Assembly (NCBI GenBank): GCA_002633005.1
Contig: NMRA01000276.1
Span: forward strand, 309,134 to 373,133
DNA: 64,000 nt
Origin: Phoronis australis
Lineage: Eukaryota > Animalia > Phoronida
Direction: 5' to 3'
Within the stretch, counting starts at the first letter, position 1; every line of letters starts with the position of its first letter. The position numbers and the translations under genes are program-made. Positions 25,527 to 39,049 of this stretch are shown here, piece by piece. Under the pieces are notes generated by a model. That model did no database searches and was not told the DNA's origin. It worked only from the letters and a program-made list of their open reading frames with translations.

Positions 25527-28500
25527 CCGTAATCGTACGGGTTAACGCCCTGGGCGGTTAAATTGGCAAATCCAAAAAATCGGGGGAGGGCGGTTAACCG
25601 AGCAGTGGGCGGTTAAATCGAAAATCCACCTAAAGTAGGGGATGGGCGGTTAACCAAACATGGGCGCTTATTACGACAGACAACCGCCCTGGGCCGTTAA
25701 TCTTACCTGGCGATCTAAATCCCGACACGACAATCATACTCGGAACGCGTAGCCCTTTCAAAGAGCTTTATCGTCACGTCGCCAAATGACTGTGAAAACA
25801 TCATAACAGCGGATGATCCAAACAAAGGTTCTCTTGCCCTCAGATTAGTCATTCACTATTAAATTTACAAAATTGCTGAGTAATAGCCCCGTGCCGTCCT
25901 GCGGTGCGCAGTCGACACTCCGTAACTCAATGACATTTTCAGCGTATGTTTCTGCGGCTAGCTGTCTTATCTCGACAGCCCGGCATTGCTCTCTTGCCGT
26001 TGCACCAAACATGCTATGCAAAGAAGTAAGACAAGGATCGGGGGTGGTCGAGCCAGTCGTCGATCAAGAATAAAATTTAAAGCAACTGCATAAATATGTT
26101 ACAAAATTTCAGAAAACAGCAATGTTTCAATTCATTATTCTAAACGATCACCTTACCAAACTTCGTGGTGGAAAAACATTTATTTTTCATGCAAGATGTC
26201 CAGATTATCCTATTTATATCACTTGTAATATCGCACTGCGGCACTGTTCGGTCCCGATGTTATCGCGCAATGTCTCAGTCGGCTGACAATCGTGACTTGG
26301 AAATGCCGTCAAGTAATATAACGGCCTCTTTCAATATGCATCTCGATTTTTATGGCCAAAGATAGTGGCGGTATTCAGTACGCACGTAGGGCTTACGAGT
26401 GAGTCACCTGTCAATCACATGTTGGTGTCAAGGTAACATGCACTCCAAAGTGTGGGAACTTGCGCACGTGCACCACTACAAAGTCACACATCAAAAGAGA
26501 ATAACCCTAAGTAACAAACTGGCCGCGTGACTATGTACTTGTAAGCTGTTGCTACGGCTAAAGACCCAGTTCTTTACGATATTCCTAAGTTGCCAATGTT
26601 ACCCAAAACTGCGATGTCAAGTCTATTCCGATATTTCCCGGCTCGATGCTCCCTAAGCCCATGCCCGTAGGTCGCTGCGTGCATCTCCTACCCACTATCG
26701 CCAATTTTCAGTCAGTCTACGTCGTAGATATTTCAGACTCGAATGGTAAGAATTTTTGCTCAGGCTGAAACTGGCCAATGTATCAGAGTGAAACAAAATT
26801 ATTCTGGATGGCTAAAAAGGGGATGTGGAAACGATAATTCGCACAGTCACGCTTACGTGGGGGCTGACGCAAGAAATAGTAAAGAACCGTGACAGCCAGC
26901 GACATTAGTTAAATCTGCTAACGCCGGTTTGAGATGCAATAAACGGAAAACGAAATTTGACTAGCAGTTTTTTATAACCTCAAGATCATACACAAACATA
27001 CATTATTGCCAACCTTTGTATTCAGAAATCGATAGGCAGCAACGAAATCGGTAACCCAGTAAGGCACTTTTACCGTCTCTTCGGTTGCCACACATCTATA
27101 ACCCCGCAGTTACATTCATTAAAATATTGAGTATTTGACATCTTTCCGTGAGTTGTGAGATTTGTTCAAAATACGAGAGCTTCCCACCTTAATAGAACTT
27201 GGAGGGTTGGCAAAACCATTGTCACATTTCTCTGATTTTTTTCGAATATATGTTTCATCTAGTGCACTGCAGACGGAATATCAGCGCGGCAGACAAAGTC
27301 GCTGAAAACGGAGGTTTTGACGCCGGCGGCGTTCTTAAACTTTGCAAACATGGGAAGNAGACAACCGCCCTGGGCGGTTAATCTTACCTGGCGATCTAAA
27401 TCCCAACACGACAATCATACTCGGAACGCATAGCCCTTTCAAAGAGCTTTATCGTCACGTCGCCAAATGACTGTGGAAACATCATAACAGCGGATGATCC
27501 AAACAAAGGTTCTCTTGCCCTCAGATTAGTCATTCACTATTAAATTTACAAAATTGCTGAGTAATAGCCCCGTGCCGTCCTGCGGTGCGCAGACGACCAG
27601 TGACCACGCAGTCTCCACTAGAATTAAAACTGTTACAAGATTTGACCCTGCTTAAGTGCGCGCGTGCAAGCTTCACGTGTTGCAGAGGTCAGACATCAAA
27701 TTTATGGTTACAGTCTCGTACTATATGTAGCTGACAAGTTCCGACTCAGAGAGCAGTTTTAAAATTGGTTGTAATAAAAGTTTGAAAAGCTTAACTATGC
27801 TGTTTTTTTGTGTTTGGGATGTTATAGTCGACACTCCGTGACTCAAGGACATTTTCAGCGTATGGTTCTGCGGCTAGCTGTCTTATCTCGACAGCCCGGC
27901 ATTGCTCTCTTGCCGTTGCACCAAACATGCTATGCAAAGAAGTAAGACAAGGATCGGGGGTGGTCGAGCCAGTCGTCGATCAAGAATCAAATTTAAAGCA
28001 ACTGCATAAATATGTCACAAAATGTCAGAAAACAGCAATGTTTCAATGCATTATTCTAAACGATCACCTTACCAAACTTCGTGGTGGAAAAACATTTATT
28101 TTTCATGCAAGATGTCCAGATTATCCTATTTATATCACTTGTAATATCGCACTGCGGCACTGTTCAGTCCCGCTGTTATCGCGCAATGTCTAAGTCGGCT
28201 GACAATTGTGACTTGGAAATGCCGTCAAGTAATATAACGGCCTCTTTCAATTTGCATCTCGTTTTTTATGGCCAAAGATAGTGGCGGGGTATTCAGCACG
28301 CACGTAGGGCCTACGTGTGAGTCACCTGTCAATCACATGTTGGTGTCAAGATAACATGCACTCCAAAGTGTGGGAACTTGCACACGTGCACCACTACAAG
28401 TCAGTCACACATAGTGACAGTCCGAAGTAAGAAAAACGGGCGAGACTATGTGCTTTTAAGCTGTTGTTACGAAAGACCCAGTTCTCTACGATATTCCTCC

Positions 28501-28795
28501 GTTGCCAATGTTCCCCAAAACTGCGATGTCAAGTCTATTGCCATATTTCCTGGCTCGATGCTCCCTAAGCCCATCCCTGTAACTAGCTGTGTGAATCTCC
28601 GACCCACTATCGCCAATCGGTAACCCAGTAAGGCACTTGTACTGTCCCTTCGGTCGCCCCACATCCTCTATAACCCGGCAGTTATATTCATCAAAATATT
28701 GAGAATTTGACATCTTTCCGTGAGTTGTGAGATTTGTTCAAAATACGAGAGCTTCCCACCTTAATAGAATTTGGAGGGTTGGCAAAACCATTGTC
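25527..28795. mobile_element. Tc1/mariner-like non-autonomous element (TA|CCGTAATCGTACGGGTTAACGCCC), present as two overlapping versions joined at N 27358
   Basis: TA|CCGTA terminus with GGGCGGTTAA subterminal repeats; 25678-27223 is repeated at 27359-28795; another copy starts at 47629. Confidence 0.75.
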
Positions 28796-28810
28796 NNNNN
28801 NNNNNNNNNN

Positions 28811-28913
28811 AAACTATGAATCAGCCACATACCTGATAATGCCATAAACTATGAATCAGCCACATACCTGATAATGACATAAACTATGAATCAGCCACAT
28901 ACCTGATAATGCC
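28811..28913. repeat. 35-bp tandem repeat containing the exon end and splice donor (minus strand GGCATTATCAG|GTATGT), >=3 copies, running into the gap
   Basis: AAACTATGAATCAGCCACATACCTGATAATGCCAT repeated. Confidence 0.9.
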
Positions 28914-29001
28914 TGATGAGTTGGGGTTGAGTCGTTTCTGCATGGCTGTAATCTGAGTTTGATTGGCAAAATTCCTCTGTCCTAATGTTCCTATCACATT
29001 C
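28903..29001 (-). CDS. CNOT2: CNOT2 exon NVIGTLGQRNFANQTQITAMQKRLNPNSSGII
   Basis: cattgcAG acceptor, CAG|GTATGT donor; 99 nt, phase 2-2; in frame with its neighbours; position corresponds to vertebrate GILPMNPRN. Confidence 0.8.
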
Positions 29002-29008
29002 CTGCAAT

Positions 29009-29380
29009 GAGTAAGATACAGAGTGACAAGTGATAAGATGGTGTGTAATAACTAGTAAGACACAGAGTGACAAGTGATACGATGGTGTCATAACTAGTAA
29101 GACACAGAGTGACAAGTGATAAGATGGTGTGTAATAACTAGTAAGACACAGAGTGGCAAGTGATAAGATGGTGTGTCATATTAATAAGACACAGAGTGGC
29201 AAGTGATAAGATGGTGTGTCATATTAATAAGACACAGAGTGGCAAGTGATAAGATGCTGTGTCATATTAATAAGACACAGAGTGGCAAGTGATAAGATGG
29301 TGTGTCATATTAGTACAATACAGAGAAGCAAGTGATAAAATGGTGAGTCATATTAGTAAGACACAGAGTGGCAAGTGATA
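29009..29380. repeat. 44-bp minisatellite x~8 abutting the splice acceptor
   Basis: AGTAAGACACAGAGTG(A/G)CAAGTGATAAGATGGTGTGT... repeated. Confidence 0.9.
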
Positions 29381-29878
29381 CAAGTGTGTTACTTTAGTAA
29401 ACAGCCTTGGTGTTTCTGTAAGATAGTGAAGTATTGAGCAGTTCTTTAGCCAACCTAGAAATCTAGAAAGCCATGACTCAATTCTGAGTTTTCTCGATTT
29501 CTAGTTTGGTTTTTCACTTACCTGAGCAAATAAAGCATTGCTGGTTTACGCAAAACAACCTTACTTAGCAGTGTTGACCTCTCGTGGTCATCATATTGTA
29601 CATTCAGAACTTTAACCACTAAAAGTTTTTCAAAACTTCGAATGTTAAACGGTAATCATTTACCAGATTAACAAAGCAAACAGTCAAAAAAGAGTAATTG
29701 TGTTTGAAAGTACAAGTGTGATGCTATGGCCAAGGTTAGTTTTATTGAAAAATCTACTGAGACAGTACACTCTCACAATAAGTTATGAACACATCAACTT
29801 ATCAACTGTATAGCAATGAGAAGCAATAGCTTCCAAGAGTGGATTTAACCTCCTGATCTTCTAGAAATTAGAATGTAC

Positions 29879-29996
29879 CTGTTAGGGGACTGTTGCTGCT
29901 GGTTAAAAGCTGTACTACCAGGTATGACAGCCGCACCCATACTGGTAGGTGTGGTATTGCGCTGATATTGTCCACTGAAACCCCTCTGTTGTAGTG
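29879..29996 (-). CDS. CNOT2: CNOT2 exon TLQQRGFSGQYQRNTTPTSMGAAVIPGSTAFNQQQQSPNR
   Basis: gttttcAG acceptor, AG|GTACAT donor; 118 nt, phase 1 to 2; resembles vertebrate ...VTPTTG...PSPSR. Confidence 0.85.
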
Positions 29997-30298
29997 CTGA
30001 AAACATGATAATGGAAGAGGAATTATCACATGGAATTGTGCACTGAAACCTCTCAGCTGTACTGGGTGAGGATTCAACAGACTGGGGGATAACAAAGTCT
30101 CGCAGTATTATCTTAAAAAGCAAACTAGGCAATATTTCTGCATGTACTCAACAACTAAAAGCACTATTTGCTTTGAAAAAAAAATAATAATCAAACCCCA
30201 AGGTGATATGTGATGGGTGCAACCTGAAATAAACTGGCTGGCAAAATGTCATCAGTGTGTATTTCAGTGCTTTCCAGGCTTGCAATGCGGCCACTTAC

Positions 30299-30428
30299 TT
30301 GTGTTGCCAAAACCCACTAGCTGGGATGGTGAACTGGAGCCCATCAGCTTATCATCGGCTCTGAACATGGATTGGGCAGCACTAAAATACATTCCCGTCT
30401 CGGCATCTTCGTCATCGAATGGATAACC
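30299..30428 (-). CDS. CNOT2: CNOT2 exon GYPFDDEDAETGMYFSAAQSMFRADDKLMGSSSPSQLVGFGNT
   Basis: ctcctttccAG acceptor, GTAAGT donor; 130 nt, phase 0 to 1; resembles vertebrate DENMYYSQSSMF...SGQLSQFG. Confidence 0.88.
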
Positions 30429-30664
30429 CTGGAAAGGAGTGTGTCTCGTAGTAAAGACTTTCAAGAACGATGTTATTGGTACACATGAGTACTTACAAAA
30501 CGCTTACTTATGTTTAGTATTGTCAGACAAGGAGTGCACTTGTTCCACAAAAAGAGACATAAATGTCCAAAGTGTATCGTCAGCTTATGTTTGTGAAGAT
30601 CCATAACAAAACACAAGCAAGCAAACATATCTCACTATTAACACTTTTGAATGCCATGCACGGC

Positions 30665-31146
30665 TGTAGAAAATTTAAGAAACACAATGTGAACGTATCT
30701 TTTCGTCCTGGCGACACCATCTATAAGTGTCCCCCTGACTAAAAATGTGGTGTTAAATACCAAGTGGATTGAGCTTCTTGTGAGACGTAATATAGGAGTG
30801 TGTCCAACAGTGAAAAACCTGTACTGATGAGCATAGTAAACCTGAGAAGACCAGCTTGTCTTCAGCTTTATCTGAGCATGTTCAAGAACACAATCAATTT
30901 ATTGACTAGGAGTCTGTTAGCATTTTAGACAGTGAGCATATGTACAGTCTGGGGAAGCTATTTACATCAGGCGTCATACCCCCTCTATCAACAGAAACAG
31001 AGGAGCTATCTAAATCAGGCGTCATACCCCCTCTATTAACAGAGACGGAGGCCAGGAATTGCCCTGTATATACAACTGGGTTCCAGTTCCTTGAGTGCCG
31101 CCTAGCGGCAATCTACACAACTAAACATTCAGAGGAAGAACCCATC
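30665..31146 (+). mobile_element. Penelope-like retroelement 3' remnant (decayed GIY-YIG endonuclease); continues at ~41711-41735
   Basis: Reads KFKKHNVNVSFRPGDT...KCGVKYQVD*ASC...SALSEHVQEHNQFID*ESVSILDSE...EAIYIRRHTPSINR, typical of the PLE RT-EN linker and GIY-YIG end, with stops. Confidence 0.8.
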
Positions 31147-31685
31147 TGTCACAATTCGGTCTGACTTGTATATGATTTGAATATTAAGAGGTTGCTGTTG
31201 TTAGTTGGTCTATACTGGGCCAACCCCTTTGTATAGTTATGCAAATGTGCTCGTTTCGCATGTGCAGGTAGCAGTCACGATAATGCTGGTATACGCGTGT
31301 TACTTGGCAGTCCACCGGTAGTTTGGGTGGAGGGCAGTTGTGCTTTGCCACACTCTTACTTCATATTTGAAGCACATGGTGCTCATACCAGTCAAACGCT
31401 TAAGTTTTATCACCACGCAGCTGAACCATGTGTGCAGGCGGCTGGTCAAGCTGGGCGGCGTAATATTTGTCCAAGCAGTGGCCAAAGTTGTGGCACATGT
31501 AGGACCATAAAGAGACACTGAGACCCTTGTGAACTATAACAATTTTCATATCGGCAATCATTATTATGAGTTTGTGTGTTTTGTGTGTGTGCGTGTGTGT
31601 GTGTTTGAGAGGTAATATATATTATATAATTAACTTGTTCTGTTTTGTGTCTTGAGAAATTGTCTGACACTAGACAAACTTGACA
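31147..31685 (+). repeat. 5' LTR
   Basis: TGTCACAA...AACTTGACA; collinear with 41145-41710. Confidence 0.92.
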
Positions 31686-32060
31686 ACTTGGGGGCTTGTA
31701 ATGGAGAAAAATATTCAACGACGATGCCTCAGGACATAAAGTCAGTATTTACGTTGTATAGTCAGTGACAGTAACAGTAGGTTATTACTTGGTGGCCTCT
31801 GGTGAACTCGGTAGGGTCTGTTTACATTATTTGGTCTTGCGACGACTTGACATTTTGCTGTTGTTGGTATGCCAGCGTTCTGATGTATGTTTTTGTGAGT
31901 TCTAGTTCATAGGGTGGACTTCACGTGTGTTGGCTGCCGGACTTGGGCCACTGTTGCGTGGTAGCTGTGTGTGACTGGCATAGCCTATGTGGCTGAGCCA
32001 CTAGCATTGCTGTGCATGTAAGTTGATCTGTGTGATCACACGATGGGCAAGTGTGACGGC

Positions 32061-32287
32061 CTGATATTCTACACAGTAGTCAAATGCTATGTGTTCAACT
32101 GATATTCTACACAGTAGTCAAATGCTGTGTTCAGCTGATATTCTACACAGTAGTCAAATGCTCTGTGTTCAGCTGATATTCTACACAGTAGTCAAATGCT
32201 CTGTGTTCAGCTGATATTCTACACAGTAGTCAAATGCTCTGTGTTCAGCTGATATTCTACACAGTAGTCAAATGCTCTGTGTTCAGT
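32061..32287. repeat. 38-bp minisatellite x~6 in the retroelement leader
   Basis: CTGATATTCTACACAGTAGTCAAATGCTCTGTGTTCAG repeated. Confidence 0.92.
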
Positions 32288-32478
32288 CTGTGTGACTGTG
32301 TAATTTGATTCTGCGTAATTTGATTCAAATTAATGATCTGTGTGTTAGTTTTCCCAGATCCATTGTCTATGTGACATGATTTGATTTTACATTGTATGGT
32401 TAATCTGTGACTATAGTGGTCTTGTGATCCTGTGGTCTGTGTCAATCTATTTGCTTTGAAGTTATTTTCAGTACCAGT

Positions 32479-33232
32479 ATGGAGAGGTTGGCCGAGCTAG
32501 TTCAGCTTGGTAACCAGATTGGTTATGATGGGGCTGACTTGCAAAGCTTTATTAGAGAGCAACAGAACCACGAGCGTGAAAAGCGGCGTGAAGAGCGGCG
32601 TGAAGAGCGGCGTCTAGAACGTGAGCGGGAGTGTGATAAAGAGGAAGATGTTAGTGTTCAAGCGGACAAGCAGCGTGAGGAGAGTGAACGTCAGTGTACG
32701 TTTGAGATAGAGACACAGCAAAGAGCTTTCGAGTATGAGCAACAAAGTCATTCAGTGCAAAGTAAAGTTGAGGTGTTCAGTGCAAAGTAAAGTTGAGGTG
32801 ATTGAGAATAATACTAGTCAAGCTGGTGGTAGAGTGAGTGCTCGTTGACCAAAACTTCCACTTTTTGATGATGGTAAAAACGATAAAGATGTTATCTCTA
32901 ACGATTCGAGCGTTTTGCTAAATCTATGAAGAGAGATAGAACAGAGTGGGCTATTAATATCAGTGCATTACTCACAGGAAAAGTCCTTGATGTTTTTGCC
33001 GAATGTAATCTTTTGACGCTGAGGACTACGATAAGGTAAAAGCTGCGCTATTGAAAAGATACCATCTGTCAGCTGATGGATATCGGCATAAGTTACGGAC
33101 TAGTAAGCCTGAAGAGGGTGAATCTCCCTCCCAATTTGTTGTAAGACTTTTCCGTTATCTAGATAGGTGGATGGGTTTAGAATTCTGAAGGTATACCTAA
33201 AACTTTTGAAGGACTGTGTGACTTACTTGTAA
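32479..33232 (+). pseudogene. gag remnant (coiled coil plus SCAN-like capsid region)
   Basis: MERLAELVQLG...; PKLPLFDDGK...RFERFA...WAINISALLTGK...DYDKVKAALLKRYHLSADGYRHKLR...PEEGESPSQF, with stops and frameshifts. Confidence 0.85.
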
Positions 33233-33535
33233 GCAGTGTTTCCCCTGAGTTTTGAAAGGAACATGGTGGTGAATGGCCAAAAAGGGATGCAAAGCCCGTT
33301 GCCGCATGCAAATCTGAGAAGTGGGATCCCCCTATTGCCTGGGTTTCGCGGGGGGGGGGGTTGGGAGACTTTCCCCAGGCAAACTTTGAAAATTACATGC
33401 AATTGCATGCAGTTTGCTCATCATAGACAAGAGCGTAATCCGAGCATCATGTAGCGGAAGTATCTGAACACTTTGCAAGACAAATTGGCAATGAAGTCTC
33501 CAGCATAGTGTTATCTCTGTTGCACTAGAGTACAA

Positions 33536-34446
33536 ACAAGAGCAACGCAGAGCGTTGAAATGCGTCCACAATTGCACCGTATACGGTATCCTTCTAGGGT
33601 TGTTTAATGGTACCATAAAGTGGCCAGTAGAGGGCATATATGTAGTATGTTGTACTTTGCAAAATGGAAAGGCATGGTCATTGTCTCCTCAATAGGCTAG
33701 GGGCAAAATGTGAGTGATCTTCATAATACAAGCACATTCTATATATCAGTTGCTTAAAGCACCACAGAAACATAGAATTAAAAACAAATTTACCAACATA
33801 CGAGATTAGCACAGCATTAGTATGCCGCCCAAAAGTCGTCATCGTCTGTTGTTAACATCATATAAATATACTTACACAATTTCGTAAAGATCCTGCGAAC
33901 GGTTTAGGAGATACAGCCATAGGCGCAAAAAAAACTGCCACTAGGCGGCGCCACAGTAGACGAAATCGTCGGAAAATCATGCTCAACTGTCTTCTACATA
34001 GTAAGCATATACATGCCAATTTTCACAATCATCCTTTGAGCGGTTTGGTTGATAGAGGGGTGGATGCACAAAAACACACTCGAAAACACTAAAAATGGCC
34101 ACTAGGTGGCGCAAACTATGTCGAATCCATCTGAAAACGGGAGGATAGCGTCATCTCACTAATAGGTGCCTACATACCAAATTTCATAAAAATCCGTTCC
34201 AGACTTTTGAAGATACAAAGGTAAGCGTAAAAAACTGAAATTGCCACTAGGGGGCACACCGGCAGTCGGATCTGTCCGAAAGTTTGCACATGCCGTCCCA
34301 TTCAAGAATGGAACATATGTACCAAATTTCATGAACGCATTTCAAAGGGTTTTGGAGATAAAGCAGCGGACGCCGGATGCCGCTCGGACGGACGGACGGG
34401 CATGACGGCATAATGCGTCCACATATAAATATGTGGGCGCATAAAA
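33536..34446 (-). mobile_element. HINE/DINE-1-like Helentron non-autonomous element, complete ends
   Basis: Minus strand: TTTT-ATGCGCCCAC subTIR with an adjacent inverted repeat, (GTCC)n microsatellite, internal subrepeats, 3' subTIR GTGGACGCAT, palindrome CAACGC-TCT-GCGTTG, then CTCTTGT. Confidence 0.8.
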
Positions 34447-35179
34447 AGTGTTAAAATTCAATTATCCACGAAGTGACAAACATAGAACAAAAAATATTTG
34501 AACTTCGTAGATAATAAACTAATTTGTGTAACGAAACTTCCGTTGATATCGTCTAGCTAAACATAAATCAGTGATTGTGGATTGGCGTTGGCGGGCGTAG
34601 CAGACGCTGTATAATGCAGACGAATCTGAGACTGATTAACATTCAATATCGTCATTTTGGCACAGGGCTATGGTTGATTAAACAGTTGGATGTCACACTC
34701 CCTGCAGTATAATTCACAATATCTTTTGTAAACTCGAACACGATGAAATGAATGAAGCAGAAATCTTACTGTTTCATACTTCATTAGCGAGCCCTGGCAC
34801 CTTCCCCATTTTAGAAAATTTGTATCGAGGTCGTTGCCTGGTCCCCAGCTGTATTGAGTTTATATGCATTGTCGGATAACCAGGAGGAAACGAGGTACGA
34901 AAGGGACTTAGGGACTGAATGATTGTGTTTTAACGAGGGCACAATTCAAGATCCCATTGTAAAATTATTGTTTTTCCCTTTCGATTCACAAACAGCGAAA
35001 GGTGTCGTGTGACTTGTACTTATTCATGATTACTAGCGATCATTTTTACTAGCGATTCATTTCACTAGCGATCATTTTATTAGCTATCATCTTTACTAGC
35101 GATAATTTTTAAAAGCGATTTTTGCGTGACGGTGAAACTTCCCCGTCACGATTAGGTGTGTGGCGGTCAATTGAGTGTG

Positions 35180-35408
35180 ATTTAGGTAGGTATCCAAAAC
35201 ACTACAGATAGTTTCCTCAAACTTTTTCTGGCCAGGAATGCCAGGTGACATCGCACGTTAATGTAAGTCATGTTATGTGTGTCAGAAAACTTCAAAAAAG
35301 GCAATGTTAGGAACATTCCACTTGAAAAGATGCGTGTGATTGACACGCCATTCAAAAGAGTAGTGGTAGATCTTGTCGGTGCAATTCATCTTGCTACGAG
35401 TAAGGGTA
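35180..35408 (+). pseudogene. Integrase N-terminal zinc-binding region and start of core
   Basis: VSSNFFWPGMPGDIAR*CKSCYVCQK...PLEKMRVIDTPFKRVVVDLVG. Confidence 0.85.
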
Positions 35409-35436
35409 GAATGTTTTTACGTCAAATCTCATGAAG

Positions 35437-36730
35437 TAGTCTAGTTGCCAAAAAGTTGACCCAGCAATGTAGTTTACTGTAAAGTTTTCTTTTGGAAATT
35501 TATTATATGTGGTTAAGAGAACAAAACTTGGTTGCACTTTGTGCAACTTTGAGCATTTTTTATAATTCAAGATGGCAGCTTCTGCTAATTTCAACACTCT
35601 GAACATGTTACCGAGTAGGATCCCGCAATTCATGATTTCCAATGTTTTTTGGGACAGAGTCCATTTCTGATATTATTTTATGGATGCAAGGTCAAAGTCA
35701 AGGTCAAATGAGAGGTCAAAGGTCACGTTGAACTGAAACAAGGAAAATTCATCTCTTAATTCGTGCGATGAAAAGTTAAATTCATGGGAAATGCGGAATT
35801 ACCATTTCTGTGATTCCATTATATCAAGAATAAGGGATTTGCTAAATACTGGAATAAGATATCCTCCCAACATCTCAATAATTAGCTTAAAATAGTGTTG
35901 TACCAGACCTACTCATGCCGCTCAATAAGGCCCATCGCACTGATCACCTTGGACCATCTTTATGCTTCATTAGTTGAAACAGAGCTGACGGGCTAGGGAC
36001 TTGACTCAAGCGACCAGCAGTGTGCCCCGTGTGACTCAAAAACCAAACCTTGAGTAGAGGAAGGACACTAAGCCACACTGGTCATATTTTTCAAAGAAAA
36101 TAATTATTTCACAAGCGACAGGATAGGGGGCTAGTAGAGGGCCGAGTTGTAGTTTCAGAAACACTCCAAACGACCTGCTTCAAAAGCTGGACAACAGGAA
36201 CCAACACCACCTCTGGAGCAAAATCAGTTGGGACCAAAATGGCGTTGTCACCCTTCCTCAGACTGCCGTATTTGCCAATCTGGGCTGTAGGGAGTGGACT
36301 CAATAAGTGCATACAGAAAAAAAATCAGCTATGTTAATGTTACATTGCTGTCTTACCACTAACACCTTCTCAACGCCATAGCCTTCCCTCGACAGTACAG
36401 GCTTATTCAGCAACTCCAGCATTTTGACTTTTCTTAGTGTTTTGTAACACTCACTACATACCGAAACTAAAAAGCTGACTACTCTGCTCATGCCTAATGA
36501 CCAGCTCGTTCTGGAATCTACTCGGCGATTGTAGATGTTATGGAGATATGACTGCTGGTTAGTGAGTGGGTGTCTGTGCTTCTCTATCTCCTCCGCAATC
36601 TTTCTCTAGTCATCCTCGTCCAGGTCTAGTACTCCCTTCTTGCAGTAGTCTTTTCCGTCACTCCACTACGTGACATTTGCTCTTCACCACCTTCATTCCA
36701 CATGACTTATATTCTCCATAGCAGGATCAA
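35437..36730 (-). mobile_element. AcademX-like DNA transposon fragment (decayed region before and within the XPG/PIN-like domain)
   Basis: Minus-strand remnants LDEDD*RKIAEEIEKHRHPL...LHNIYN and LSPLP...YGSLRKGDNAILV...APEVVLV...QLLKQVVW; terminus TAGTCTAGTTGCC. Family assigned from recalled motifs only. Confidence 0.55.
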
Positions 36731-37426
36731 TGGGGAGCACACCCATTGGAACTCTTTAACCACATGACCACTTAATTGACCTATCGCAAGCTCCGCCCCT
36801 ATGTGAAAAGTCACGTGATACCTGACATTCGAACGAGATGTCAGAGGCAAATACGCTGTCGCTAAACGACGTTCCTGGTGGAATCGATGAGTGTTTTTGC
36901 ACTATTTGAAAACGCGTCAGCAGAGACAAGAGGCGATGCTTTTCAACAGTGAATCGTACGTTCATGATATGGAGAATTTGTAAAGTTGACGATAAAAAAA
37001 TAAGTGCTCGAGGAGCCAGCGAAAATTCGAAGAACCCCTCGGCCTCGGGGCCACCTTCACCTGACAAGGCCACTGATACGATATGTTCTTGTAAAGCTGG
37101 GTATGTACCTTAAAGTCGAATTATCTGTACGATTCCATAGATTTCATGATCTTTCGAATAAAATCAGTGAAGATTCACCGATATTTTTATTCTGTCTTCT
37201 GCTAAATTTCGCCAAATGAAAAGTAGGTCACAACTGGTGGGACTCCTGGAGTAAAGTAGGTCATAGATTACAGACAACTCATCTCTGATTAGATCGACTC
37301 GATAGCTTTTCTAATCTTGTAACGAAATATTTTGATAAAAAATTCAGGTTCATAGCTCAGGTACACACTCATCTCGTCCTCCGGTAGGTCTAGGGCTGTG
37401 TCTAAGTAAAATTAATGTTTGGAATT

Positions 37427-37722
37427 CAGTGGCGGATCTAGGATACCACAGGGGGCCCAACATATGTTGCCTCGTGGAATTGGGCACAGGCGGCCCGAAA
37501 GTTGCAGGGGCCAGGGATGTAGACCGTTGGACCTTCAGTTCAGAAAATCTATTGGTGGACTAAAAAAACGGGAACACAATTCCGCCGCGATCTGGGGTCT
37601 GAACCCCCCCCTCTTCTGCTACCGGTCGTAGTTACTGAACTCAATATTTCCTCACGTTCTTGCTGTTTCATTTTGCTTTTTTGCGTCCGCCAAGGGGGGG
37701 CAGGGGGCTAAATCCGCCTATG
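37427..37722. mobile_element. Short CA...TG MITE with 5-bp TSD GAATT
   Basis: CAGTGGCGGATCTAG / CTAAATCCGCCTATG; GAATT on both sides. Confidence 0.75.
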
Positions 37723-39049
37723 GAATTGTCCGTTTGCACCATTAAGACATTTAAATTAGGCCTTCTTATGAACTTGGCATTTTTTTGTAGTTTCATTCCA
37801 TAAAGGTAGCTTTCATTTAAATTTGAAGGTAGCATGGATCACTAAGTCGTGGTATGGTTACAAAAGATTACAAGTCTGGTGTGGTAGTTGCAAAAATAGG
37901 GTATTTACAAAAATAGCTCAAATTCTTTTTTAAAGCTTCATAAATCTAAATATCATGTTTGAACCACTCCAAAAGGAGCTCTCTCTAACTCTACAGACAT
38001 AGTGTATACTAGAGGTACACGTCAAAAAGTAATTCAACAGTTTATTTTTAGTGACAACAGCTCGTCTAAGGCTTTGAGTTCCGGCAGTAATCCAGTGCCC
38101 TTCCCTGTGCCGATCGAATCTCTGAATTTTGACCGGGAGAGAAGTTCAGTTGAACGCCAGCTTACGGTTTATGAATAACAAAACTGTACCTCTGATACGA
38201 AACAAAATAATGTCCATTAGGTTGAAATAAATAAAAAAAACATAAAATAAAAATGTCCTTGAAAACAACAATTTCCGGGGACTACCGCTAGAGTGCTGAG
38301 ATCCAGCAGGTGCCGAGACAAAGGCGGCCAGACGTAGCCAACTCGGGAGTCAAAATCTGAGATAGCCCCGCACCATAGCCACCAAGCTGAAAAGTGCGTA
38401 TCTTGGAACTAATATATTTGTGTTTATTATAGCCTTCGAGTTATCAAGCAACATCACTTAAGTTCAGCTGCTTGTGTGGCCATACAATTTGGTCCATAGT
38501 TAACGCTTTTCAACATCATTTTTTGGCTTAGGACATGCCAAAAAATGACGGGATATTATTCTGGAACAGCATAACGGCTGTCAGTGCTACACACGTCATA
38601 TCAACACTGTTTCCCATTCTTAGCGTACAATTTCTTGAGCTATAGACTAAAGTAAGTTTTAATCGACTGCGTGTGGTTTGTCGGGTAAAATGGCGGCTTG
38701 GAAACGCAGACGAAGGTGTGCCAAGAATGCTGCGTTCTGATTGGTCAATTAAGCCGTCCGTCATAATCCTGGCGATAGGTCAATTGCTCGGCTCTCATTA
38801 AAATGTCCCTTATAATCCCAGTACCTTTTACTCTTTTGATACATAGTATGCCTGTTCTTCAAATTCAATATAAACTTCGAAATAACTCTTGGTATAAACT
38901 TCTTGCCAGAAATGTTAGGCAACTTAGTCGAACACTTATTGCATGTTTGTCAACTTTTGTCGTAGTTTAGGTTGACGTTATTGCGCCCAGCCGTTGATTT
39001 TTTATTTATAACAGGAGTTATTTGCAAATTATGACAATTAAGACAATGT

